Source of the DNA: Wickerhamiella versatilis
Lineage: Eukaryota
Length of the DNA: 64,000 nucleotides
Direction: 5' to 3'
Assembly: GCA_030867685.1 (NCBI GenBank)
Contig: JAQOWU010000001.1
Location: forward strand, 682,001 to 746,000
The notes under the pieces are model-generated. The model had not been told where the DNA came from. It made no database searches and was given only the letters and a program-made list of their open reading frames with translations. This document shows positions 19,716-29,987 of this stretch, one piece after another. Position 1 is the first letter of the stretch; the number at the start of each line of letters is the position of its first letter. The position numbers and the translations under genes are program-made.

Positions 19716-19752
19716 AAATTATATAAATTAAGTAATTCATTATTAACTGACA

Positions 19753-20112
19753 ATGAGTTCTCGAGACTACGTTACCTGCCATGTATTGGACACGGTTAAT
19801 GGCTTGCCCGCACCAGGCATTAGATGTGAGCTGAAGGCCATCGATGGTACCAAGGAATCAAGCTTGGCGTCGGGTGTCACTGACAAAGATGGTCGTGTCA
19901 GTAACTGGCAGTCCGGGGCCGTGGTGTCAGTAAATCCGGGAGTACACAAATTGAAGTTTGAGACTGGGCCTTATTTATCTGCGCGCAACAACGGTGAGTG
20001 CTTCTTTCCCGTAGTTGAGGTTGTGTTTGTAGTGAGTGACCCCCCTCAGCCACACTATCATATCCCACTTTTACTATCAAATTATTCGTATAGTACCTAC
20101 AGAGGGTCCTAA
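19753..20112 (+). CDS. 5-hydroxyisourate hydrolase (transthyretin-like)
   Basis: VTCHVLDT, TDKDGR, FFPVVEV, HYHIPLLLSNYSYSTYRGS signature end. Confidence 0.95.
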   Translation: MSSRDYVTCHVLDTVNGLPAPGIRCELKAIDGTKESSLASGVTDKDGRVSNWQSGAVVSVNPGVHKLKFETGPYLSARNNGECFFPVVEVVFVVSDPPQPHYHIPLLLSNYSYSTYRGS

Positions 20113-20519
20113 AAGTGTCATTAGTATCATACATAAATGCAAAAAAACTGAACTTTTTTTATACGGGCATTTATGTGAAACAGAAAGGACTCGACTCGAA
20201 ATTTTAGGGAAGTTACTAGGATGCGCGTCATCTGGTTCCTTTCATCGAGTTATACATGAGTCACACAATCTGTGAAGATAGAAATACTATGCACAAAATA
20301 TAACTAAAAAGCCTTATACGCGGGTAAGGGCAAACTCCGATCAGACTGTCCTACGCTATCATGGAGTTGATAACAATAAACCCAAAATTCTTATTTTTTT
20401 TTAAAAAAAAAGTAGATTTATGTATGCATACTCATGCTATTTGGATAAAAATCGTCATTTCATCCCACAGCCTATTCCGCGTCGCTGTGTGTGTCAGCTT
20501 ATTTCACCTCCTGAATTAG

Positions 20520-21449
<930 letters not shown>

Positions 21450-21723
21450 GATTCGTAGATAATGACTTCGAATCTTGTCAAATGAATTTCCTCCACAGTT
21501 GAAAATGATAATAACGAGGATATGAACACATTGTATAGTATGTGAAAGACAGTCGGCAATAGTCACAGGCTTTAAGAATGCTTGTATTGGTAAACAATCG
21601 CTTCGACATATTAGGATTCTTAGAGCAAATTATGTTAAGTTATATATTGACAACGTGTTGCTCAAAATTTACAAGACATGCAATTATTTACAGACAAAAA
21701 AAGATAGTAGTCACCATAGAATC

Positions 21724-22833
21724 TCATGCAGAAAGCCCAAGTTTCTTGGAAATTTCAGAATCCACAGGCTGCTTCCAAAATTTAGACAAATGTCTGACAC
21801 CACTATCGCAGAGAATTGTGACAATTACATGGCCTGGGCCTAGTTTTTGAGCTGTCCGCAATGCACCAACACAATTGACTCCTGATGAACTTCCGACAAA
21901 AAGACCCTCCTTTTGCACCAAATAGTGGGCCATAGCCAAAGCCTCCGCGTCTGAAACAGCAAATGCATCGTCAATTAGCGGCAGTCCGTGATCCAGGTTT
22001 CGCGTAATGCGAGTCGATCCAATTCCCTCTATGATCGTGTCCACCTGATGACGTCTCCGCGTACCCTCTTTTTCTTTAGTGTTGAACATGACTCCATATC
22101 GAACTTTGTTAAATAGCCCACTTCCTGGAGGATCAGCCAAAATAATTTGGATTTTGTCTGTACGGCTTTTTAAATAACTTGCAACGCCTGTAATTGTACC
22201 CCCCGTACCTGCACCGGTAACAAAAGCGTCAATGTGATGTCCAGTCTGCCTCCATATTTCTGGTCCAGTCGTCTTTGCATGAGCTTGCCAGTTTACGGTT
22301 GTTTCAAATTGATCGGCAAAAATTCCATGCTCGTGCTCTGATGCCAGCTTCCTCGCAACGTTAACATAGTGGTTGGAATCGGCAATTCCGGCTGGCCTTG
22401 TAAGGTGGACTTGAGCACCCAGCTGATGCAACAAATTTACTTTTTCCTCACTTGTATCATCTGGAACAACAATGTGTGCCTGGTACCCTCGTGCTTGGCA
22501 AACAAGGGCAAGTGAAATACCAGTGGATCCACTTGTGCCCTCAAAAACACAATCTGGATGGCCAGGTCGCAAGTGACCTTCTTTTTCAGCATTCTCGACT
22601 ATGGCACGAGCAACCCGATCCTTTGCACTCCCACCTGGATTAGCCATTTCTAACTTCCCTAATATCCGACACCCTGTGAGCTCCGATAGCGAGGAGATCT
22701 CGACCATTGGTGTATTTCCTATGAGCTCGCTAACGTCTTTGGCCACCTCATCCTTGGTTCTTTTAAAAATTTTCCAGAGCGTTAGCGAAACGATAGTGAC
22801 ACCGACTAGAGACCAAACACACTCCTTCCCCAT
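21724..22833 (-). CDS. MCY1: Cysteine-synthase-like PLP enzyme with N-terminal anchor (Mcy1/YGR012W type)
   Basis: KLEMANPGGSAKDRVA, EGTSGSTG, GAGTGGT, EGTRRRHQVDTIIEGIG, LCDSGVRHLSKFW. Confidence 0.85.
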   Translation of the reverse strand: MGKECVWSLVGVTIVSLTLWKIFKRTKDEVAKDVSELIGNTPMVEISSLSELTGCRILGKLEMANPGGSAKDRVARAIVENAEKEGHLRPGHPDCVFEGTSGSTGISLALVCQARGYQAHIVVPDDTSEEKVNLLHQLGAQVHLTRPAGIADSNHYVNVARKLASEHEHGIFADQFETTVNWQAHAKTTGPEIWRQTGHHIDAFVTGAGTGGTITGVASYLKSRTDKIQIILADPPGSGLFNKVRYGVMFNTKEKEGTRRRHQVDTIIEGIGSTRITRNLDHGLPLIDDAFAVSDAEALAMAHYLVQKEGLFVGSSSGVNCVGALRTAQKLGPGHVIVTILCDSGVRHLSKFWKQPVDSEISKKLGLSA

Positions 22834-23181
22834 GGCTTACTAGAGCATTTAACGCCAGATCTGCCATATGCAAGCTCCCCGCTATTAATTCTAACACAGT
22901 GTGCTCGGACCAGTCCTCAGACATATCGATGGCAAAAAGAAGCCAGCTTGTGTCTCTTGATGGCAAATGTACGTAACAGAAAATTTATGATCTATCTATA
23001 CGCTACATGAAGATGATGCTATATATAAGTTAATTAAAATAGGGAGCAATTTGTGTTGTGAGAGATATTTCCTAATTTTCATATATAATTGTGGTATGTA
23101 CTCTTTTCTGCTAGTGCCAATTTTTTGGCTGGCTAGCACCAATGACATATCTCTAGGAGACCGACGTAGTAAGCCACACAA

Positions 23182-24738
23182 ATGTGGGTGTCGCGGCTTT
23201 TGGCATTGACTACTGCAGTTCAAGCGCTTCCAACACCTGAAGATACGGATGACAATTCAAAGGGTGAAGAATTTACACTCTCTAATGTTCGTCACCAGGT
23301 TTGTGGAGGTGTGTATAGCTCCAAGGATAGACCTGGTCCTCACGAATCCAAGATCGAGATAGAATTCGAGAAGCAACCTGATAGCAACAGAGATGTCACT
23401 CTAGTAGTATATGCCTACCGCGATATTGATCATATTGGTCATCCCGACAAGTATGGCGGATATCGGCGTCAATATTTATGTAACGCCGAGGCTATAGCCG
23501 ACCAGTTTTGTAAAGAGGAGGAATGGGGGCAAATCATTGTTGATGATAGGGCTGGCTTGGCGGAAGACATTGTGTCTAAAAAGATCTCTCTCAATGATCC
23601 CGAAAAAATATCATATCCTGTGGCAGGAACGGACTACTACTGCGTTGCTACTTTGCCTCTCAATGGAGATTTTAAGTATGCTGCCAATATTTACTTTCAA
23701 AATTCTTATGGTTATCTTCCTGGCACAGAAGTTCATTTGGTCTGGTTCTACGCCATTCAGGCCATCTTTTACGTCGTCCTTTGCCTCGCGTGGGGATTCT
23801 TTTTTTGGCGTTATCGTCATGATTCTCTTCCAGTACAACGCTACCTTAGTACACTTGCTATAGTGATGGTTATTGAGAGTCTCGTGGTCTGGGGATATTA
23901 TCTTGCGTTCAATAAGTCAGGCTCGGTTCCTGGTACCAAGGTATTGCTTGGATTTACTGCTTTAACTGGAGCTGCACGTCTTGCCTATACATTCCTGATG
24001 CTGCTCATTGTATGCCACGGGTATTCTGTTGTCTACCCGAGTCTTGGCCGTTTGATGCTATATATCAGGTTGTTGAGTGGAGTGATATTTGCTACTGCCT
24101 TCATTTATCTCTTGAATAACTACTACTCTTCAAATGGAACCGATACAGATCTCTTTGGACTTTTTGCATTACTTCCACTTGTTATATCTGTGGGTGCTGC
24201 ATATATGTGGACATTAACATCTCTTCGGCACACAACAGAATATCTAGCAAGCCGAAAGCAGCATATGAAAGTACTGATGTACAAAAGGGTATTTTGGGTC
24301 TTATTGGGTTCTGCCGTAGCTATCCTTTTCTTTGATGTGTTGCAGATGCTCGAAATGCTCACTCAGTCGATGAAGGACATGATATCGAACCATTGGCGAT
24401 ACAAGTGGGTTTACACTGATCTCTGGCCAAATTTTGTATATTTCTGTGCCTTAACGCTTATAATGGCGTTATGGTGGCCTTCAGATAACAACCGAATTTT
24501 TGCCATGTCTCAGCAGCTTTCTCAAGATGACTCGGCAGCTGATGAATTTGAAATTGGATCTCTGGGTGGTAGTGATGATGAGCGTGAACCCTCTCCACCG
24601 CCTGGACCGCCACCAAATTTATCCTCTGGTCCCGCGGATACCGTATTTGATGCGGATGCGGATCATCAGTTATCCGACCTTGAAGGGGATGATACTTTGC
24701 ATAGCGCACCCACACATACTCTACGTAAAGATCGCTAG
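23182..24738 (+). CDS. PTM1: Ptm1/TMEM87-like seven-TM (GOST) protein
   Basis: Signal peptide, luminal domain with YYCV and FQNSYGYLP, 7 TM, LPVQRY, NRIFAMSQQLSQD. Confidence 0.85.
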   Translation: MWVSRLLALTTAVQALPTPEDTDDNSKGEEFTLSNVRHQVCGGVYSSKDRPGPHESKIEIEFEKQPDSNRDVTLVVYAYRDIDHIGHPDKYGGYRRQYLCNAEAIADQFCKEEEWGQIIVDDRAGLAEDIVSKKISLNDPEKISYPVAGTDYYCVATLPLNGDFKYAANIYFQNSYGYLPGTEVHLVWFYAIQAIFYVVLCLAWGFFFWRYRHDSLPVQRYLSTLAIVMVIESLVVWGYYLAFNKSGSVPGTKVLLGFTALTGAARLAYTFLMLLIVCHGYSVVYPSLGRLMLYIRLLSGVIFATAFIYLLNNYYSSNGTDTDLFGLFALLPLVISVGAAYMWTLTSLRHTTEYLASRKQHMKVLMYKRVFWVLLGSAVAILFFDVLQMLEMLTQSMKDMISNHWRYKWVYTDLWPNFVYFCALTLIMALWWPSDNNRIFAMSQQLSQDDSAADEFEIGSLGGSDDEREPSPPPGPPPNLSSGPADTVFDADADHQLSDLEGDDTLHSAPTHTLRKDR

Positions 24739-25065
24739 TCTCTGATAAAAGACAATTATCGGAGGCTTTTTATGCGGCCGTCCTTTCTTAGATAAAAAAC
24801 ATATTCTTAGTCTCCTCTCTTCTTTGCACTATATGGGAAAGGAGAGGACCTAGAGGAAACATGTGATAAGTAGAAGCACAGACATACCTAATGGGCCCGA
24901 GCTATTTATTTTTTGTTTTTGTGATTATGGGTCCACTCGTCAGTTACAATGGATACTGGATTACCTCCCATTGGCCAGTCAGTAGTAGAGTTGCACTTAT
25001 GTGGATATAATATATTTGAATGATTCGGTTATTATTATGACCAGCTTTATCGCTTTCATTTAAAC

Positions 25066-26139
25066 TTAATAATTTGAATATATTACGGCACAAAGCGCAT
25101 CAAGTTCGGGTACTTCAACCATGGCATCAACGTATTCATTTGTCATTGGGCTACCTGCAGCAATTTGGTGGGCTTGACGGCTAATCAAGCCAAGTATCTG
25201 AGCTAGTTTAACCGGCTTTCCAGGTTCTTGATACACTTGTGACATCCTTGCCATTAGCGTAGTTATTCCGGCATGTACTAGACGTCTAACCACCTCAATA
25301 ACATTTGGAGATTCCATCAAATCAGCAGTTTCATCCAGAAGCGTGCGCAAAACTGAATTTACTTCCACGGGCCCACCCGAGTGTTGGCCTAGCACCATGG
25401 GCTCTTCCTCAACAGTAGGTAGCACTTCAGCTAAGAAGGACTTCTCAACACCTTCGGGATAATCAATATATCTTTGAATTTTCCCCACAAGGTCAGAGAG
25501 CCCATCATAGTCAACTTCGCTACGAGCGTCGACAACTTGTGCCACTTTCGTAACTGCTGCCTCTACTCTCATCCCGAGCGTCTTCCACCCTTGGTGCAAA
25601 AGCCACCAGCTAAAAGTCAAATAATCCCTGTTAGTCTCATCTTCAGTTCCACTAGTCTCAGCATAAGACGAGTCGCCTGGTAGCGCCATTTGCTTGATGC
25701 TACTAACATAAGAACGGCGACCGAGTATGTTCAATTGAACTCGAGTGAAGACAACGAGCAAGGCACTTGCATATAGGAGTGTGAAAGCACGGACTAGTGA
25801 TTTCACCTTCATTTCTTCCCAAAGCTCTTGCTTCCGCTGATCTGCATCTTCCTGACCCCTCAGAGCCTGTAACTGCCGCCTAATGTCTTCGACATCGTAT
25901 TCCTCTAAAATTGGCACACTCATCGTAGATAAAAGTGCCATGATGGTGAAAGTCGCATCGTTTTGATTCTGCTCAAATCGTCTTTCGAGATTATCCTTTG
26001 CCATTTGCTCCAGCAGGAGCCGCTCCTGAAGATCAAGAATTTTATTCTTGGCATACTTAAGTGCCCAATAACCCAGACCTACTACCGCGGCAGCTCCCAG
26101 CAACTTGCCCTTATGGCGACGAAGAAAGCTGGGTGCCAT
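25066..26139 (-). CDS. PEX3: Peroxin Pex3
   Basis: FLRRHKGK plus TM, AKDNLERRFEQNQND, KQELWEEMK, RVQLNILGRRSY, YLTFSWWLLHQGW; ATG at 26139. Confidence 0.93.
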   Translation of the reverse strand: MAPSFLRRHKGKLLGAAAVVGLGYWALKYAKNKILDLQERLLLEQMAKDNLERRFEQNQNDATFTIMALLSTMSVPILEEYDVEDIRRQLQALRGQEDADQRKQELWEEMKVKSLVRAFTLLYASALLVVFTRVQLNILGRRSYVSSIKQMALPGDSSYAETSGTEDETNRDYLTFSWWLLHQGWKTLGMRVEAAVTKVAQVVDARSEVDYDGLSDLVGKIQRYIDYPEGVEKSFLAEVLPTVEEEPMVLGQHSGGPVEVNSVLRTLLDETADLMESPNVIEVVRRLVHAGITTLMARMSQVYQEPGKPVKLAQILGLISRQAHQIAAGSPMTNEYVDAMVEVPELDALCAVIYSNY

Positions 26140-26375
26140 ATCGACCCTGCTGACTGTGCGGCGCTGTCGAACGTGGAGAAAGAGAGTTCGTAGGTGATGT
26201 GACCCTAACACATATTTCACTTGCTTTACGAGGTCTAATACGAACTGAACGACTCTTTCATGTTTTTTTGGGCCGATGGCTACAGCGTCATGATTTAATT
26301 GAATTCTCCTATAAAGTACGAGAGGGTGGATAAACCCCTAACCGCGTTTTCATTACGTGCGACAACGCGAATAGG

Positions 26376-27482
26376 ATGGATCAGCTTGAGGAGTTGCTCA
26401 GAGCTGAGGAAGAGCAGCAGGTTGAGACCGATAAGGAGAATGTTGACATAGTAATTGGCACCTCTCTGTTCCATCCGGATTTTATTTATCCTATATATGG
26501 CGATACCGAGAGGATTCAAGGCTATACGAATCCTCATCTTACGATTACCTTTGATGAAAGCACGCTTTTACCTCTTGTCGAGTTCAAGTATGAAGGGGAG
26601 CCGGAGCCGAATGCTGAAGATCCAGTGAAGATTCTACTCGATCATATGTCAAAGGACACGGTGACATCTAAGGACGAGTGGCTAAAGATACGGGATACCG
26701 AAATCAAAGACTTCGTGGTCCCAGGAACACAGATTGGTGAGTTTGGTGATTATACTGTTCAGAAGGCCACTCTTAGTGAGTGTGCTGATCTGCTCGAGCG
26801 CTTCAAAATATTTATTCTATTTCTGATTGAAGCAGGCTCTTATATCGACCTTGGTGAGAAAGGCTGGGAAATTTATTTACTGTACACCAAAAGCCAGAAG
26901 TTTGCTGGCTTTGCCACCGTGCATTCCTTCCTATATTATTCGACGGGTGCTCAATTTGAAGCCACCCCGAATCTGACTCGTGCCAGGATTTCCCAATTCG
27001 CGATTCTCCCACCGTATCAGCATCAAAGGGTGGGTCAGGGGCTCTACAGCGTCATTATGGACTACTTGACAGCTCAGGATACCGTAAAGCAGGTGAGCGT
27101 TGAGGACCCTAATGAAGGCTTCGATGACATGCGAGATCGTGCTGACCTTGCCCGATTGTCGAGTGACAAGGAGTTCCAAAGTCTCGAGCTGCCTATTGAC
27201 AAAACACAACTCGAGACATTAGCGGAGAAATTCAAAATGGTACAGCGGCAGTTCAGCCGTTGCGTGGAGATGTCCCAACTCCAAAAGCATCCAGATGAGC
27301 CCCAAGACTTCCGCAAGCTAGTGAAGGAGCGTATGTGGGCCAAAAACTACCATAAGGTTGATGATCAAGATCCGGCTATGCTCAAAGAATTATTTAAGGA
27401 CGGCTACGCCAGTGTTGTTGATGACTATCGCCGAATTCTGCATCTCGAGGATAATCCGAGAAAGAGACGGAGAGTTCAGTAG
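26376..27482 (+). CDS. HAT1: Histone acetyltransferase type B catalytic subunit
   Basis: FIYPIYGDTERIQGY, FLIEAGSYID, RISQFAILPPYQ, VEDPNEGFDDMRDRAD. Confidence 0.93.
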   Translation: MDQLEELLRAEEEQQVETDKENVDIVIGTSLFHPDFIYPIYGDTERIQGYTNPHLTITFDESTLLPLVEFKYEGEPEPNAEDPVKILLDHMSKDTVTSKDEWLKIRDTEIKDFVVPGTQIGEFGDYTVQKATLSECADLLERFKIFILFLIEAGSYIDLGEKGWEIYLLYTKSQKFAGFATVHSFLYYSTGAQFEATPNLTRARISQFAILPPYQHQRVGQGLYSVIMDYLTAQDTVKQVSVEDPNEGFDDMRDRADLARLSSDKEFQSLELPIDKTQLETLAEKFKMVQRQFSRCVEMSQLQKHPDEPQDFRKLVKERMWAKNYHKVDDQDPAMLKELFKDGYASVVDDYRRILHLEDNPRKRRRVQ

Positions 27483-27513
27483 GTAACTTAGCGAGCTTAG
27501 ATGTATATACAAT

Positions 27514-28662
27514 TTAGTTTGCGCCTTGGCGTCCTCTAGGTCTGCCCCGGATGAGAAGCCGGTTCTGATTCTTGCCACGACGTGTCTTATACCCTCCTTT
27601 GGCAATAACACCCCAAGGACTAACGGGAATCTTATTACCCTTTGACTTACCACGGCCACCTCCCAATGGGTGGTCCACTTTATTCATGGCAACACCACGC
27701 ACAGTGGGTCGAATACCCAGGTTACGCGATCTTCCGGCTTTACCAAATGAGCGGTGCTCATGGTCTGGATTTGAGACAATACCAATGGTGGCACAAGCCT
27801 CTAGACTCACATAGCGAGTTTCACCAGACTGCAAACGAACTACGGCCATATTTTTTGCTGGAACTTTTTCATAAAGACGACCATATGTGCCGGCAGACCG
27901 GCAGAATTTGGCGGGACCTTGAGGTGTGATGCCAATGTTGTGAATTACTGTTCCCAGAGGAATCATATGCATAGGTAGACAATTCCCCCGCTTGGCAGTC
28001 AATCCTGCCAGAATACCGGGATCAAGAGATCCACCCATTGCATCTGTAACACGCTGCGGTATCCCAGATCTGAAGGACTCTATTTCGTCGCCCTCTCGCA
28101 TACCCACTGTCGCAGGGATGTAAGATAGGGCATTTTCTTCATTTTTAAGAAGAGCAAGGTGGCTGCTTCTATTCGGATCATGCTCTATCCGCAGAACTTT
28201 CTGAATGCCAGGATTAATACGAAACAAATCAACGATACGAATTCTTCGTTGCTTACCACCACCTTGGTGACGTACGGTGATCCTACCGCTATAATTACGA
28301 CCCGAGTGGGGATGCCTGGTCACGGTAAGAGCTTTAATAGGCTTGCCTTTGTACAAGTACGGATATATCGGCCATCTATACCAACGCATACTCGGTGAAA
28401 TGGGCCGAGGAGCCTTCATCCGGACCTGAGTTTTAACCACATTAAGCTGTTCACGCAAGGTAGCATCCTGTTTCTCGAGGTCTGTCATGTTTGTATTTTG
28501 TCCTAGGGGTACAAGCTGGAGACTCTCAAGCTCATCATGCAGTCTGCGAGAAACTTCACTCTGAGGATTTCTAACTGCAGACGCAGCCTTCTCCGCCCCA
28601 TTTGGTCCTTCCGTAGCATAGTACCGCCTAAGGACTCTGATGAATCCTCGCGACACTTGCAT
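27514..28662 (-). CDS. RML2: Mitochondrial ribosomal protein uL2m
   Basis: [49 protein letters not shown]; presequence from ATG 28662. Confidence 0.93.
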   Translation of the reverse strand: MQVSRGFIRVLRRYYATEGPNGAEKAASAVRNPQSEVSRRLHDELESLQLVPLGQNTNMTDLEKQDATLREQLNVVKTQVRMKAPRPISPSMRWYRWPIYPYLYKGKPIKALTVTRHPHSGRNYSGRITVRHQGGGKQRRIRIVDLFRINPGIQKVLRIEHDPNRSSHLALLKNEENALSYIPATVGMREGDEIESFRSGIPQRVTDAMGGSLDPGILAGLTAKRGNCLPMHMIPLGTVIHNIGITPQGPAKFCRSAGTYGRLYEKVPAKNMAVVRLQSGETRYVSLEACATIGIVSNPDHEHRSFGKAGRSRNLGIRPTVRGVAMNKVDHPLGGGRGKSKGNKIPVSPWGVIAKGGYKTRRGKNQNRLLIRGRPRGRQGAN

Positions 28663-29058
28663 CGAAGTAAAGTTGACTAAGCAAATTTCTTCATGTGGGA
28701 CCCGATTAGGCTCACTAGTCCAGGTCAAGTTAATGGAGATTGTAAGTATTCTACTCGCGAAGGGCGTAAGTGGAACTCATACCTTTTAATACGGTATCGA
28801 ATGATGTTTCTCGTCTCCAATGAAATAATAACCACATTATTTTTTTACCAAACTAAAACTTATTAGAAAGGCACAAATTTAGTTATTGAAGAAAATAAAT
28901 TAAGGTAAGCTAAAATAAAGCGGCAAAGTCTATCCGAGAAAAAGCCTCGTTAAATCGGAATTCTCCAACAAGCGTTGATTAAAAGTCAGGTATGTGGTAA
29001 GGAAGCACGTCCCAAGCACCCATTGGTCAGCTCTCTGTTCACACTAAGCTTTGCCTCA

Positions 29059-29694
29059 ATGTTCCGTAGAACCGCACCATCCCTGCTACGGGCTGCCAAG
29101 CGCGGTTATGCTACTGATGCAGTGGTCACTCCGCCTCTTCAGCTCTATGGGCTTCCTGGTACTTATGCGTCTGCCCTCTATACCGCGTCTGTGAAGGCAT
29201 CCAGCATTGCCAACACCGAGAAGACGATGGAGAAGCTTAAGAACCTCGTTACTTCGGACCCAAAGGTTGGCGTTGTACTAATGGATCCAAGCCTCGGCCA
29301 GGGTGATAAGGATGCTGCAATCAAAATCGTCACGGACAGTATTGGTGGAGACAAAGTTTTCACTGGTTTCTTGGATGTGCTTGCCGCGAACAACCGCCTT
29401 GCACTTCTCAATGAAATTGCTGCAGACTTCCAGAAGCTTGCAGATGCCGAGAAGGGACTGGTTGAAGCTTCTGTCACATCCGCAAAGCCCCTTGATAAGT
29501 CCAGTCTTTCTCGTATTGAAAAGGCTGTGTCGGGCTCTAAATATGTTGGGAAGGGTAAGACTTTGAAGCTTGAAAACATCGTGCAGCCGGATATTAAGGG
29601 TGGTCTGGTCGTTACCGTTGGAGACAGAACTGTTGACCTCTCTGTGGCTAGCAAGCTGCAAAAATACAACCAGCTGCTCACTGAGGCTGCTTAA
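29059..29694 (+). CDS. ATP5: ATP synthase OSCP subunit
   Basis: Presequence MFRRTAPSLLRAAKRGYA, PPLQLYGLPGTYASALY, GGLVVTVGDRTVDLS. Confidence 0.95.
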   Translation: MFRRTAPSLLRAAKRGYATDAVVTPPLQLYGLPGTYASALYTASVKASSIANTEKTMEKLKNLVTSDPKVGVVLMDPSLGQGDKDAAIKIVTDSIGGDKVFTGFLDVLAANNRLALLNEIAADFQKLADAEKGLVEASVTSAKPLDKSSLSRIEKAVSGSKYVGKGKTLKLENIVQPDIKGGLVVTVGDRTVDLSVASKLQKYNQLLTEAA

Positions 29695-29919
29695 ATCTAA
29701 CTAGATATGTGAATTCTAAGAGACTTTAGGCGCTTTATGATTATTGCGTTGCCTGGCAATATTATTTTCTCAAGATTGCTGTCAGTTGTAATAGAGGTTT
29801 GATGCCCTTTAGTTATGACACTTTTAGATTGGAGACAGACAAAAAATATCAAATAAACGCAGGCTATTTTTTACATATTCGACCAAGTCTATATATTTCG
29901 CATAAGCCTGCTTTTGCTT

Positions 29920-29951
29920 AACTTCCCAAACTTCCCAAACTTCCCAAACTT
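29920..29951. repeat. 9-bp tandem repeat (AACTTCCCA) x3.5 upstream of the SPO71-like gene
   Basis: aacttccca aacttccca aacttccca aactt seen directly. Confidence 0.9.
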
Positions 29952-29987
29952 GGAATATACCAGGTCAGGTAAGCAACAACATGAGAG

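Noticed and set aside
22763-22966. 67-aa ORF overlapping the MCY1 start
   Set aside because: Unlike the HST2-overlapping ORF it has no protein-like features; treated as incidental
29178-29681. Long antisense ORFs over ATP5 (and similar shadows over CNT, QOR, SEC15 and others)
   Set aside because: Antisense or alternate-frame shadows of conserved genes explained by codon bias
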